64,000 nucleotides of DNA from Azolla caroliniana (Eukaryota; Plantae; Polypodiophyta): the NCBI GenBank assembly GCA_043228905.1, contig JBHGNT010000020.1, positions 9,362,001 through 9,426,000 of the forward strand, written 5' to 3'. Each line of letters opens with the position of its first letter. The stretch's first letter is position 1. The notes under the pieces were generated by a model that searched no databases, was not told the origin of the DNA, and saw only the letters and a list, made by a program, of their open reading frames with translations. Positions 1 to 13,786 of the stretch are shown here, piece by piece. The position numbers and the translations under genes are program-made.

Positions 1-2335
1 GATCCAACGTCTTAGTACTACCGAAATGTCCAAATGTATGGATGTCGTGACAATTTTGGACGATTGGAAGGTGATAGGAGCAATTGGGAACATACACGTG
101 CTTTTTAAAGAATAATAAACCATCATGATATTTGAATTGTCGTTTGTCCATACCTGGTTGTTGAGATTGGGAATAGGATGCCCGAGAGGCATCAATTTGC
201 GCTAGAATGGCTTGAGCAAAACTATCCATCTTCAAGTTGGCACGTATGGCATTGATAATCCGGGAATCCAATGGAGTGTGAAAAATCCGCGTTGTGTGCA
301 AACGTGTTTGTCCCAAGATTACCTGCTTTTGATTATCAAATGCTGGATCACCCGGACGAGGTGCAAGCTAGGAACGTCGCGATAGTGCATCTGCTTTTCC
401 TTGCTGCTTCCTCGGCCGATATGTGATTTTGAAGTCAAAATGCGTGAGGAATTGGGCCCACCGAGCTTGTCGTCGATTTAGTACACGAGCGTTTTGGAAG
501 TAAGCAAGATTTTTGTGATCACTAAAGACAATGACCTGATGAGGAGAGCCCTCTAAGAAGTGCCGCCATTGTAGAAACGAATCCACGATGGCTAATAACT
601 CCTTGTCATGTATCTCGTAGTTAATTTCCGCGGCATCAAATTTGTGTGAGTGGAAAGCCACAAGATGTAACTTTTCTTTATCTCCTTGTTGTGAAAGGAT
701 GCTACCGAGGGTGAAATTTGATGTGTCGGCCTCTATGATGAATGGTTTGTTTGTATCCACATGGGCTAGAATAGGAGCTGATGTAAAGACTTTCTTAAGA
801 TGCATAAAAGCCATGTCCGCTTCATTGGACCAAAGAAATGATTGTCCCTTCTTGGTAAGTTGTGTGAGAGGTAAAATAATCTTCGAGTAATCTTGTATAA
901 ACTTGCGGTAGAAGTTAGCAAAGACTAGGAAACATTGCACATCTCGTAATGAACGTGGAGTTCGACACTCTAGCACAGTTTGGACTTTAGCTAGATCCAT
1001 GGAGATGCCTTTTGAGGAGATGACGTAGCCTAGAAATTCCACTTGCTTGCAGTCAAAGCTACATTTTTCTAGTTTGGCATAAAGACCATGCTCTCGGAGT
1101 CGTTTTAGTACTAATAGTACATGAGAATCATGCTCTTCTTGGGTCTTCGAATAAATCAATAGATCATCCAGATAGATGATCAAACAAATATCCAAGAGAT
1201 CTCTGAATATATCATTTGCCATGTGCTGGAAGACTACGGGCGCATTGGTTAGAACGAACGACATAACGATATAGATACTCGAAGTGCCCATATCGGGTGC
1301 GAAAAGCGGTCTTCCATTTGTCTCCTGGTCGGATCCGCACGAGGTTATATGTTCCTCGTAAGTCGATTTTTGTAAAAAACTTGGCACCATTTACACGTTC
1401 TAATAGACTTGATATAAGGGGAAGTGCATACCTATTCCGAATGGTGACCTTATTCAAGCCGCGGTAATCAACGACGAGATGAAGGGATCCATCTTTCTTT
1501 TTGACAAAGAAAATGGGTGCACCGGCCGGAGATTTCGAATGACGAATAAACCCACTTGCCAAATTCTCTTCTATGTAGGCTCGAAGGACATCCAACTCGG
1601 TTGGTGACAAGTTGTAAATCGGTCCCCACGGTGGCTCTGTTCCTGGTTGTAAATCGATGGGAAAATCATAGGGACAATGATGAGGAAGAGTACCAGCTCT
1701 GACCTTGTCAAATACATCAGCATAAGCATGATATTTCGCGGGAAGTTGAACTAAGGATTCCTTTTTAATAGTGTTGGAAGGATGTACTGATATTGCAAAT
1801 AGAAACATTGACTCCATGTGTCCTTCTTCGCGTAATTGATGGAGCAAAATGGTCGAAACTCGATGAGTAGATTCTTGGGGTTGTCGATACCGGACTTCTC
1901 TTGTTCTCCAATCTATGTCTGGATTATGTACTTCAAACCAAGGTAATCCCAGGACAATGGGATGCTCTGGACTACTAATTATATTAAATGATACCACACA
2001 CACAAAGCTATCTAGGACAACCTGAATGGGTTCTGACTCTTCTACGATATACCCAGAACCAATGGGACGACCATCAATGACTACTACAGATGCGGGCCAA
2101 GGAAGTTTTCTTAAGGATATATGAGAAGCTTGGGCAAAATTCCGATCCATGAAACAAGAATTGGCTCCGGAATCTAAAAGTGCTAAGACATGTACTGGAG
2201 GGGTACTTTTAGTACTAATCATGACTTGGGCTAAGAACACATTGCTAACTTTCTTAGAGGGATTGGAACCACTGATGGGCTGCACAGATCTAGGGATGTC
2301 CAACCAAACAACTCCTATTTTGGCTGGACTTAGTC
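1..2335 (-). pseudogene. pol (PR-RT-RH-start of IN) of chromovirus copy 1, frameshifted and stopped
   Basis: ORFs 1212-2303 and 368-1390 match pol of copy 2; frameshift near 1275, stop at 368. Confidence 0.9.
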
Positions 2336-3458
2336 GTTTAAATCTTCCTCTAATTGACTAAGGATTTCAAATTTGTTTGAGATACTTGGGTTATCAGTAT
2401 TATTAATACTATCAGACACTCCTAAGGGAATTGACTCGGGTTAGTACAGGATACTATTTGATTTACCTGTCTTCTTGGCCTATGGGGACAGTTGATGGCG
2501 ATATGCCCTAGTCCACCGCAATAAAGACAATCGATTTGCACGTCATCGTTGCTTTTCTTCTTCCGATAACGGGCCACTTCGACGCATGGTGTCGATCTCC
2601 ATCGGCGTTGGAGTATTTGCTTGAGATACATCTCATGCAACCGGTTTAGTTGCGATTGAGGCGTATGTGGGCTCTGGCCTAGTCCGTGGCATTTGAAATT
2701 GACGTTGTGAACGTCGTTCGAAAAGGTGTTTGTCACATCAGACCGCTTGATTGATTGTCTCTGTTAGAGATTTTGGTTCTTCGGGAAAGGTTAAAAGTAA
2801 ATCTTTGATGTCGTTTCGTAGGCCGTAGCGGAACTACTCCATTAGTGCTTGATCATCCCAGGGGATATCTGAGACGAGTAGACGGAAATCCGCCGTGTAG
2901 GCAGAGGCTGGACGATCGCCTTGACACAATCGTCGGATTTTGTTGATCGTTGTCCTGATGTTGTCGGTATCTCCAAAGCAGGCTTTAAACTCGCTAATAA
3001 AGTCTTCAAAGTTATTAAGCAAGGGAGTTTGTTTTTCCAAAAGTGGAGCAAACCATGCCAAGACTGAGCCGTTGAGCAACGTGCCTACTAGGCCTACTCA
3101 GAATGCATCAATGGGGTATCGGGAAGGATGCATTTGCATGACTAAGCATAACTGATTAAGGAATCCTCTGAATTGTGAGCGCGTTCCATGGAATTTCACA
3201 GGAAGACCAATCTTGGGTTCTTTATGAAGTCCTTGGCGACTTGATCCTTGTTGTTGTAACGCTACGATGGTTGCTTCAAGTTGTTGTACGCGTAACGCTA
3301 ACTCCCCATGTTGTTGTTGCGTGTTGTTTTTCTAAAGCAATTTGTTGAAGATCCCCTAACAATCATTGGTTTTCTTGTTCGAATGCAATGAATTTTTCTT
3401 TTAGACATTGTAGCTCAGAAAAAACGGATTGATATTCCTGGGCGCTAACAGTAGCCAT
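2330..3458 (-). pseudogene. gag of chromovirus copy 1 (in-frame stops)
   Basis: Aligns to the intact gag at 31141-32292; CLYCGGLGHIAINC zinc knuckle; several premature stops. Confidence 0.9.
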
Positions 3459-3614
3459 AGTATTGGAAAAAGGGGTAAGAGGATGAGGGAAATTGAAAAG
3501 AAGATCAAAGGGGGAAATTGGTTCAAACTGTCATGAATAGTACTAAAACAGAGAGAGAATTAGTACTAGAGAAGGGAAGTACTATTTGTACTAAGAGGAC
3601 AGATTGCGTAAGAC

Positions 3615-3663
<49 letters not shown>

Positions 3664-4659
3664 ATGATAACAAATGATATATTATGTGAAGAGTAAGTAC
3701 AAAATAGCTATCAGAGGCTTAAGAGTGGCGTTGAACCAATTTGGTTTGAAATAATGCCTTGTGCCTCTTTTTATAGTGTTCTCAGGAATAGTCCTGAAGC
3801 TTCTAGAATGTTCTAGAGAAATCTAAAATATACAATAATTTTCTATAGTAAAACTTAAATTAAAATAAAATTATATGTATTATAATAGATAATGTAATGG
3901 TCAAGAGCTTGATCCATATAACATAAGGTTATGGGTTCGAGTCTTGCCATATCATGACATCCATAACCCTTGAACTATCATATTCACCTTTAACCATATT
4001 TACCAATAATTCCCATAAATAATTTCATGTAAACCCTTTGTGAATTTAAATTCCAAGGATGCCCTTCAGGATGGGGCTTTCAATGCATTCAAACCATGGA
4101 GAGTCCTTCATCAAGCTGGAGTGTTGAGTTTCGACTCATTGTTGCGGGTTCAATTCCCATCATTTGTTAATTTTCTTTCACTAATACTTTTTCATCTACA
4201 ACTTGAATTCGCAATTCGAAAATTTCGTCACAAACTTTGAAAAATCCCCAAGACGTTCATGCACCAAGCACTTTGACATGAGATTTCGAATTCATCTTTC
4301 AAATTTCCATTGTCATCTTTGTTTGATAGAGAATCAAATGAATCCAAGCTTATGACCTTTTCCCTTTTATTAGAGTACAAGAAGTTTTAGATACATAAGT
4401 TTTTTTATAAAATCGGCAAGAATTTACCTCAATCTCTTGATGGGCTTAAGTTTAATATAAAACTCATTTAACAAATATAAACCCTAATACAATAAGTCTA
4501 TGTGGCTTGATCCCAAGATACGATTGTTTCTCCCACAAAAGAGAATAATACTTATATATTCAAAATGAGCGATTGAGATATATAGGAAAGGAAAGAGGTC
4601 AAACGAGTGTTGGGAGGATATCCTCAAGTTTAGGTGTAATGAGTTTATGATTGATAGTT

Positions 4660-5940
4660 CAATCACCTCTTGTCATCGTGGTCTCCTACATGCCCTCTTG
4701 ATTCGTTATCTCGCAACAAACTCCTCATTAACTAAGCATGGGTGTCTCTCTCAAAACTTAGATCCCCAACAATGAACTCTTATTTTCCTTTTATAGGTTT
4801 CAAAGGCCATCACCAAAAATATTAACTTCTTGCATGTGTTGCCATTTCTCGCCGACACTCAATTTTTGCAAAAGTAAATTCCTCCTTTCATTTCATTTCA
4901 TTCCTCATTCGTATATAATGCACATTATAAATCACCCCCAAATCACCATTTCTCTCTCATCGTCCATTATGAAATTCGAAAACTTACACCTTATCATCCC
5001 AAGAATCAAACCTACCTAACTAACCTTATTACTTCTTTAACCATAACTTTAACCTATCATAAGCTCAATTTTAGACACTTTCCTCTATGCATACCACATC
5101 ATGACATTGTCTCGTGCGTTTCAAAGTAAGAAGGTCAAACACTCTCACTTTCACCTCGTTGCCATTATCTCAAAATTGAAAAGAGATCAGGAGAGGTTGA
5201 GCTAAAGTTGACCACAATGTTGCACTCTATGTTAATAAAGAGATAATGAGCTTTCTACCAATGACTACCCAATACACCAACTCCACACAAAGAAAGGTGG
5301 GACCAACTCTTCCTTTTCTCCCTCTTATTCTGTCTTATCACTATCTTCTTCTAATGTAAAACCCAATGTTACAATCTCTTAGTTGTCTCTAGATACCTAT
5401 GTAGGTAGATGGATATCTTGTAAACCCATTAAAAAACCTGAATATACATTTGAGGAAATGATCCCCACATGCTCCAACATTCAAAAACTCTACATGAGAA
5501 TGTCTTTCAACTTCACCATCAAATATGAAAGAATTATTCATTTCCCAAATTTGTGCAACCCCCCAAATATTGTGAAAATTGGAAAAAGATCTAAAGATTC
5601 TCATTTTTGAGACCATTTTGAACATATTAGAGAGGCATCAAATAAGAATGGGATAACACTCGCTAAATCTCTGATAAGTACTTCCAAATTATATGAGCTA
5701 TAGGGCATTTAATGAGTCTATATGTACTATCTTCTAGTTGAATGGTGCGAAGAAAGCATGTAAGGTTGAACCCTATGGGAGCCCACCAATCATGAAATTT
5801 CTCCATATGAGTAACTTTGCACAAAATAGAAAATGGGAATGTAAACCGCGTTCCAATATTCGCCACCATGTTGCATTTGACTTACATACAATCCGGACAT
5901 GCAAAAACAATGAAGCCACTACATGATGACACAATATATT
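4660..5940 (-). mobile_element. L1-type LINE 3' remnant (zf-RVT region plus tail)
   Basis: Decayed C..C/H...C zinc-finger region (TCFLRTIQLEDSTYRLIKCP); homologous to 49570-50300 and, inverted, to 36704-37950. Confidence 0.65.
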
Positions 5941-7663
5941 TGTAGTAGCCTATAACAAGCATGTACCATCCTTTAGTTGCGAATCCATCAAAGGAGCACC
6001 ATTTGCGTTCATTGGCAAAGATCCATGTGGGCCTCTTCGTACCCTCTAGTTGTCCTTGCTAGGTTACACACTCTCAAGGAACTGTCCTCAAAGGGTATTT
6101 CTTTTCCGCGTATTCTTCTGATCTTAACTCTACTCTAGGCCCCTTTTTCCTCTAGCAACTTTCGTTATGGCCGACACACATTCCTTATATGTCATGCCTG
6201 GACAATGTGGTGGGTCTATTACTATGACTACTACTACTTCCTCTTGATCTTCAACGCTCCAAAGAAGCATGAGATTATTTTGGAATGAGAAGGAAACTTC
6301 GTCTTTCTCGATCTCTCTCACATAACACCCAACCTTGACCGTCTAACTTGCTTTGAGCTTCGTTTCTTGCTTGGTTATTTTTGAGAGATTCCTTGGTGTA
6401 TGGTCAAATATGGTAGAGGAAGAAGAAGAAGAAGAAGAAGACCCAAATGGTCAAGATGAATAGGAAGGCTTGGCTTTCATAGAGGGAAACGTTGTTAGAG
6501 TTAGTTTTGTTAATCTCTTATAATATTTCAAAGATAAATTCATCCACTACCTACATCTTCACAATGAGCTAACCCTAAGTTGAAGATAAGGAAAATGCAA
6601 GCCGTGAGTCTGCAGATCAAGCAAGCACGTTTTACCATAACCTACATGTAATGTACAAGAAAGGGCTATGTAATGGCTTCTTCGATTTCAGACAACATGC
6701 TTGTACAATAGCATGTAATATCCATCTCATATTCTTTTGTCCCTTTCTTGCTTGCGAATGTATAATAAACCACTTCCTCTTCCTATAATGTACATGCTCC
6801 AATAAGTTATATCTAAGGCTTCTCTTTACTGTCTTGTTTTATTTTCCCTCATGCTATGAAATATCTCATTGTATTGATCAGCTATGGATTGTTGCAGTAC
6901 CGGTATACACACTGGAGGGCCAACTTTCTTACTTCATTCCAAATTATTTTCTTCAATCTGACATACATTTTTCATATTCCATCTATTCTCTTCATTTCCT
7001 CACCCGTTCCTATTCTACGTGAAATGATGTCTCTTCCCTAGGACGGTGTATACAAATGATCAGAAGCTTAAGCCAGAATTACATGAGGATATGGATTTGT
7101 ATTAATTAACCAGCCAAAAAAGATAAGGCGCTGTAAATTTCGTAATGTTGTGCAAGTACATGCTCAGGGGTACACATTGCCTTTCGATCTATTATCATTC
7201 ATCTCGATTGTCATTCCTTTTGCAAGTATATAAGTGTTTTGATTATGAGTATCTAGATCCCTACATGCTTGTTTCAATAAGCAACACGTCTGTGTGATAG
7301 TGGATTAGTGAAGAATGTGCGCCTGACTGTACATCAATATAATCATTGCTTGCTAATAAAAAGAAGTATAATATAACCAAGTCCTCCCCTAGCCTAACTA
7401 TTCCTTAGGACAAAAAAAGGATGTTGGGAATAACTAATAAAGAGCTCCTTCTTCCGTAAGTTTCCCAATATGATGTATAACCACTACTATTGCAAACCAC
7501 CGCTATAATAATATATGTCTGACATCAATATTCAGCTTCTCTATTAGTCTAACCCGCTTATCAATCGTCCCGTTTATTTGCCGTCCTTAAGAAGTTAATT
7601 ATCACCGCCACACCAACAAACTAGTGCATCAAACCAAGAGAATGATTGTGTTCCCGGATGCTA

Positions 7664-8170
7664 TGTTAGGAATATGGAACTGAATCGGGATGATTTAGAC
7701 TTCCTACACAATTAACAATAGATGAAACCACAAGACAGAAAATGGGAGTACACCAAAAATTTTATGTGGAAAACCCAAAATAGGGAAAAACCACGGGAAC
7801 CATAGGTTCCAAAAAACTTTACTATGATCTGAGTACAACCCAATACAACCTCTCTAGATTTTCAATAGAGGAATGTATCTACCTCAAGGCGATGACCTTG
7901 GTTACAACCTTCACCCAATCGGGTGGATATAATAACAACGATTACAAACTGAGTACAACCTCTCTAGGTTTGGACTTGAGGAAATGTACTACCCTCAAGG
8001 TAACAACCTTGGCTATAATCTTCACCTGATTGGGTGGATAAAACAACCAAAGGTACAATTGAGTATAGTCTCTCTAGGTTTGGACGAGAGGAAATATATT
8101 AGCCTCAAGGCAACAACCTTGGATACGAAGTTTTTGCTTCAGGATGTCAAAATAATGTAAATTTTTTATA
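7664..8170 (-). repeat. Copia-type LTR fragment (R/U5) with three ~110-120 bp internal tandem units (7829-8125)
   Basis: TG terminus at 7664; closely similar to 20073-20310, which abuts a copia gag. Confidence 0.65.
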
Positions 8171-8639
8171 GAAGTACATTTCCCGTCTGGAGTTTATAAC
8201 GAGGAGCATGTAGGAATTTTCAATTCGTGAATCGGAGTTCAAAAGCCCAAGATACATGTTTCAGAAGGATTCATGCAACTCGAGACACAAATATAATTAT
8301 GTCAAAAGGGGGAGTCGAAATGAAATAAGAGCCATTTTTGTAATTTCTCAAATGTACAACTACAAAATCGAATTTGTAGAATTTCTAAATAAAATAAAAT
8401 AATAAATATAAAATAAATTGCCTACATGTTGGGCGGTTGACCCCCCTTATAAAAGCACTCCCATCGTGGCTAAATAGGGGGGAAGGGTAAAGGAGGGAAA
8501 GAGGGGAGAAGAAGAAGAGAGAGAAGAGGAAGAAAAAAGCGAGTGAAGAAGTTCGTGTGGGTGCGGGATGTAGAGCTCGCCCAAAAAGATGATGGCTTGC
8601 ATTTTAAAGGAAAGAAAAGGAAAGCAAGGAAAGGAAGAA

Positions 8640-9166
8640 GTTGAAGAGGTGTATTTCAAACACCTCTTTGCAAACAAAAGGTCGTGAGTTTGAATACTCT
8701 CAAAACAACTTGTTTTGGTAAACAAATTTTATAAGATAAATTTGGTATATATAAAGAGAAAGAGAAATAGATTAATAGAGGTTGAAGTGGTTTATCTCAA
8801 ACACTTATTCTCAAATAGAGGTTGTGAGTTTGAACCTTGCCAAGTACCTTTTGGCAAATAAATATTGTAAGTGGTGTTTTACAAATAAAATTATTTTCGT
8901 GACAACTTTGCATATCGTGCCTTCTCGGCTTCTTGTCATCGCACCATCCACTGATCATCCCCGAGTCACAGAACCCCGACGGTTGCGACACACAACCATA
9001 ATCTTTGGCAAATAAATATTGTAAGTGGTGTTTTACAAATAAAATTATTTTCGTGACAACTTTGCATATCGTGCCTTCTCGGCTTCTTGTCATCGCACCA
9101 TCCACTGATCATCCCCGAGTCACAGAACCCCGACGGTTGCGACACACAACCATAATCTTTACAACA
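8640..9166 (+). repeat. 3' part of a gypsy-like LTR containing a 154-bp tandem duplication (8850-9160)
   Basis: Ends in ..ACAACA; AACCCC(G/A)ACGGTT subterminal motif shared with the LTRs ending at 13755 and 61737; exact direct repeat at 8851/9005. Confidence 0.55.
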
Positions 9167-10141
9167 ACGTTCTGTCTCTTGCTCTCGTACTCGGGCATTT
9201 TTTCTCTTCGTTTGCTGCTTTTCTCTCTTTATTCTCTCACTTCTCTGTTTTACCGTTGTCTCTAAGTTGTCTCTCTTTGTGTTGTCTCAATCTCTTAGTC
9301 TCTTTTGTTTCTGTATGTGTCTCCACGCCTTTTATATGTGTTTCTCTCGTTTTTGTGCAACGTCTCTTTTGTAGAAAAATAGTGAGGAATATTGCTCGAC
9401 CTCTACCGAGTCTTGAATCACTTCAATGAGAATGAAACATAGAAATGGGAAGTGGAGAGTGAACGCATGTACACACACACAACGATAGAGAGTACACAGG
9501 ATGTTTACGTGGAGAATCCCTAAGTGGGAAAAACCATGGGAGCCCACGGACTCCAACTATCACTATGAAGAAAAGGGTACAATCAAAGACTCAGAGGCAA
9601 TGACCTCGAGCTTTGTTTCTTCACCAACCGGCGGTTACAACAGAGTATCTCTCTGTATCTCACACTCTCTCCCTCTATAGCTCTCTATACAACAATATGA
9701 CAACAACATACAACAAATATAAGTGATTTCCCTAATTCATATTTATACTTATATGAACTTAGGGCTATTTACAAATATAGCCTCAATAGGCTTACTCAAA
9801 ACATATTTACAAATATGTCTTCTCTTCCGGTTCTCATCGGGTATATCCGATCCGGTTACCAGGTCTATTCCGGTTCTAACCGGGTCCATCCGATTCGGTT
9901 ATCAGATCTCTTCCGGTTCTCACTGAGTCCTCTTCATTCTTAACCAAATCCCATTTGGAGGGACCGATTTCCCAACAATCTCCCCCTTCACTTCGGCATG
10001 GGATGTCTCGACAGCCCGATCCGCTTTCGGCACGCGTCCAGCTTGTCGGTTGTCAACACCTTGGTCATCTATTATCCTTTAGGTTGGACAAGCCCTAACA
10101 CAGGGTGTCCCTATGGAACACTTCACTAAAGGGGGGTACGG

Positions 10142-10565
10142 TGAGATATGGATAGACCGTGGTATTGAATGGGTCTTAACCGGTTACTAACCGACACTGT
10201 TAATGATCGTAACACACACATAAGATTAATTATATTAAGCACAAAACGGTAACGAAATAGACACTAAACAATATGTAAAACAGTAACGCTTCTATTAATT
10301 ATCCGTCTCTGATTACATTCTTGTCGGGTCCTTTTATAGGTCTCTGGTTGAGTTACAAACTGGTGCCAACTGGCAACCGGCAATGATCCGGTCCGGATCC
10401 GAATCGGCATACCGATTCTGGGTCCGTCTGCCCGCTTCTCAAAATAACATAATACTTATTAATTATAACTCCCTATCCCTAATTAAATACCCCTTTCACA
10501 TTCTGGACTCTAACCGGCCCTTTGGTCTTGCCAGCCAACACATGGCACGCCCGTGCGATAATACA
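10142..10565 (-). repeat. Putative 3' LTR of a gypsy-like element with an extra ORF
   Basis: TG..CA ends, TATA on the minus strand near 10335, ACGG target at 10138-10141, lies just downstream of the split ORF. Confidence 0.45.
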
Positions 10566-11098
10566 TTATACGTCGAACCCACGGTTAGCCCTTTTCAATC
10601 GTCCTTCAAAATGTCTAGAATGCTTTGGCCCAAGGGTTCTAAAGGTTCTTTAGGTAGTCGCTCCATTTGTTGTGGTGGTTGCTTTTGCAAATGCTCTCCG
10701 GCTTGCTCCTCCTTTACAGCTCTAGTCCCTTCCGGGCTTCCGTCTCCGGCTCATCTGTTATGGGCTCCTCCTGTTCTTGACATCCGGCTTGCACTGGCTC
10801 TTGTGGGTTGGCTACATTTGGCTGGCTCCCTCCGATTTCGACTGCTTTCGGTGTCTGATTCGGAGATTGCTCTTCGTCACTAGTGTTAATTGTCGTCGTT
10901 CTTCTAGCCACCATTTGCCGTCTCCACTTTGGTTCGTATCGCTCAAACTGGAGTTTGGTATCCAGCTGTTCCACCAGCCGGCCCACCGCCACTAGTTGCT
11001 CTCCGGCCAAGGACAGGAAGTCATCCGATAACTCCTCCTGTATGGTCACAACGCTTTCCGTGTCCAATTTGTAGAAGTTATCGTCGTCCTTTTGCCGG

Positions 11099-12570
11099 TG
11101 TTGCGAAAATACGACAAGGACACGTGAACTTGTATATTTATATTAAAGAATTAATGCAAAATGAGAAAGATCCACAAATTTCATTTATAAAGGGAAAGAA
11201 AGATTACAATCAATCCCAAGATTGGGATTACAAAAGTTTTAGCTTATGGAGATTACTAGAGTAATAGATTAGAAAAAACTAAGCTACGGATTTGATAGGA
11301 AAATTAGGTTTTTCAGCTTCGTTAAGAGATTATGGTTTATGAATGATATCTTCGTTGAGAAAATTAGGAATTTTTAGCTTCGATAAGAAATTAGGGTTTT
11401 TGAGTTGAATGGCTTCCGTAGGGAAATTAAGGGTGTTATGGCTTCCGTAGGGAAAATTAGGGTTTTTTTTAGTGTTATGGCTCCGTGAGATAAGGGAGCT
11501 AAGAAGGAAAATAAAATAAAAATGGAGAGAGAATGAGTGTTAGAAAAAAAAAATGGAATATATATGGAGTTCTCCGTTGATCATAGCCTTCAATGTTACT
11601 TTGCATGCCCACTTTTAGTTGCATGGCCTCTACTTTTAGTTGCATCCATTTTTAGTTGCATGGCTTTTTCTTTTAGTTGCATGCGACCGTCCACATGGCC
11701 TTTACTTTAGTTTTCTTTACTTTACTTTAATTTGCCGCATGATCCAATAATACGTAAAGTTTAGCCCATGCTTTGATCCGTCCGGTCTGCGTCCGTCCTG
11801 TTTGGTTCTGGTTCTGTCACCGTCTGATTCCGGTTCAATCGCCGGTTCCATCCGGTTGCCGGATCCATCCGATCACCGGTCTTCGGCTCCGTCTAGTTTG
11901 GTTCCGGTTCTGTTGTTGTCCGGTTCTGGTTCGATCGCTGGTTCCATCCGATTGTCAGCTTCGTCCGGTCGCCGATCGTCGATTCCGTCCGGTCACCTGT
12001 TGCCAGATCCATCCGTCGCCGGCTCTATCCGGTTTCCAATTGCCGGATCCGCCCAGTCGCTAGTTGCCGAATTCGTCTGGTTGTCGGCTTTGCCCGATCA
12101 CCGATTGTACACCAGTTCCATCCAGTTGTCGTCTCCATTCGGTTTTCGATACTATCACCAACCAGTTTGAGTTCCTTCACCGGCCGGTTTGAGTTCCATC
12201 ACCAATTGGTTCGAGCAACTTAGCCACATCTAGCGACTGAGCCACATCTGTCCTTCTAGACAAAAGTGGCCCAAGCCCAACTATTTCTTTTGTACTCTTA
12301 ACACATAGATGAAAAATGATGGTTCTGAATCTGCTTATATAGCTGGCTCCTAAAGTTTCCTATCTATGTGGGATACTTCAAAATTCTATTTTCCCTATCT
12401 TCTCAAACTTCATGTCCACCTAACTTGATATGTAGTTGTCCATTTTAGATGTAGTAAAATGCGTTTTGAAGCTCTTGAGTACATCCATATTTCTATAACA
12501 AGCCACTAATCTAATCTAAAATAATTATTTCAATTTTTTTTTTACATAGTGTGTGAAGATTCACACGACA
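11099..12570. mobile_element. Solo LTR (~1.47 kb) with internal CCGG(T)-rich degenerate repeats (11770-12220)
   Basis: TGTTG..CGACA ends; 4-bp TSD CCGG/CTGG; its removal restores the host ORF frame. Confidence 0.75.
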
Positions 12571-13015
12571 CTGGTTCTCCGCATCCGCTCGCAGGACCTA
12601 CAACTCGGCTGCCTGCTTTGCCCATTTGGACCACCACTGTACTAAACTTTCTTCAATTAACCTCTTTGTCCAGTTCCTCCATGTCAATACAATGTCGCGA
12701 ATACGGCCAAGTCCCATCTTTGACTTATCCTCCGTGGCTTGCTTTTCATCTCTTAATTGCTTTATGAGGGTCGCGGTTGCCTCAGCTTGTCCCTGATACT
12801 GCATCAATTGTGTCTGATAAGTCGTCTGAACTTTGTTCAGAGCCATCTTTGCTTGTTCCATCTCCTCATGATGTTGCAGGGTAAGCTCCATTTTGTCCTT
12901 CGCCGCTTCTGTTAGCATCTTTGCCGCTTCGACTCCCTTGGTCCTTTCTTCTGCCAATGTCGTTGTTGTCCTGTTGACTTCATCCCGAAGTTCCCGCATC
13001 TTCTCTTGCTACCGG

Positions 13016-13755
13016 TGTCGTAGTGTATTTCGTACACTACATGAAAAACTTATAAAGTAACGTTTTAGTAAATATGAAGAAATAGAAGAAAATGTCAAAA
13101 TAAATCATACATGCATAGGGCAAGATTCGAACCTTGCACCTCCATGTTAATAATATGAAACCATTACACTAGCATTTCATTAGTGTTAAAAAGTATATGT
13201 CCCACATAGAAAGGTAAGTTCACGTAGGATAAACTTTAGTTAAAAGAAAAACGCATGCTAAAAGAAAAGCTACTCATGCACATCTAGCGTGCATGAACAC
13301 TATAGTCGATAAAAAATGCACAAGTTAGAAAAAGCATGATCACTTTAGATAAAGCATATAGTCTATCTATAGAAAAAGCATGGAGTCTATAGTTAGAGAA
13401 AACGCAAGGGTTGGAAAAGACTCTCTAATCTCTATATAAGGATGAGGAGCACAATGTAATGGGTGTGAAAAATATTTTGAAATTGGATATGTTTCTAAAA
13501 AAACACCAATTAATAAACTATACTTGTGGGATTCACGAGGATTCTATATCATTCTCTTTCAACCCAAATTTATATTCTTATATTCATATTGATTAATCTA
13601 ATACAATACACTCGTGGGATTCACGAGTTTGCTATAACTCTTTCTTACAACATATTTATATTCTTATTAGCCTTAAAACTCTCCTCTTCCTAGTCCAAAA
13701 CCCCAACGGTTCCCACCCGACTCACGCAAACGATCTGGCGCCGAAAGGCATGACA
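13016..13755 (+). mobile_element. Solo LTR of the tRNA-Trp-primed gypsy-like family
   Basis: TGTCG..TGACA ends; TSD CCGG; homologous to the LTR at 30253-36571. Confidence 0.85.
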
Positions 13756-13786
13756 CCGGTCACCTTCTGCCATCAATTTCTTGTGT

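Larger units (their letters stand above)
1..3959 (-). mobile_element. Ty3/gypsy chromovirus (Tcn1-like), copy 1, degenerate, 3' part outside the window
   Basis: 5' LTR 3529-3959 (TGTCA..TGACA); gag remnants, protease LLDSGA, RT YLDD and RNase H in ORFs 1212-2303 and 368-1390; collinear with the copies at 30634 and 52438. Confidence 0.95.
10597..13785 (-). pseudogene. Coiled-coil/E,Q-rich extra ORF split by two solo LTRs
   Basis: Removing 11099-12570 and 13016-13755 plus one TSD copy each joins HKKLMAEGDR*QEKMRE..AAEL*VLRADAENRQKDDDNFYKLDTES.. in one frame. Confidence 0.7.

Noticed and set aside
3885-3955. Functional tRNA gene
   Set aside because: A and B boxes are present but there is no convincing acceptor or anticodon stem, and it lies within an LTR
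6100-7660. Host gene or exons
   Set aside because: No recognisable protein motif or consistent splice chain
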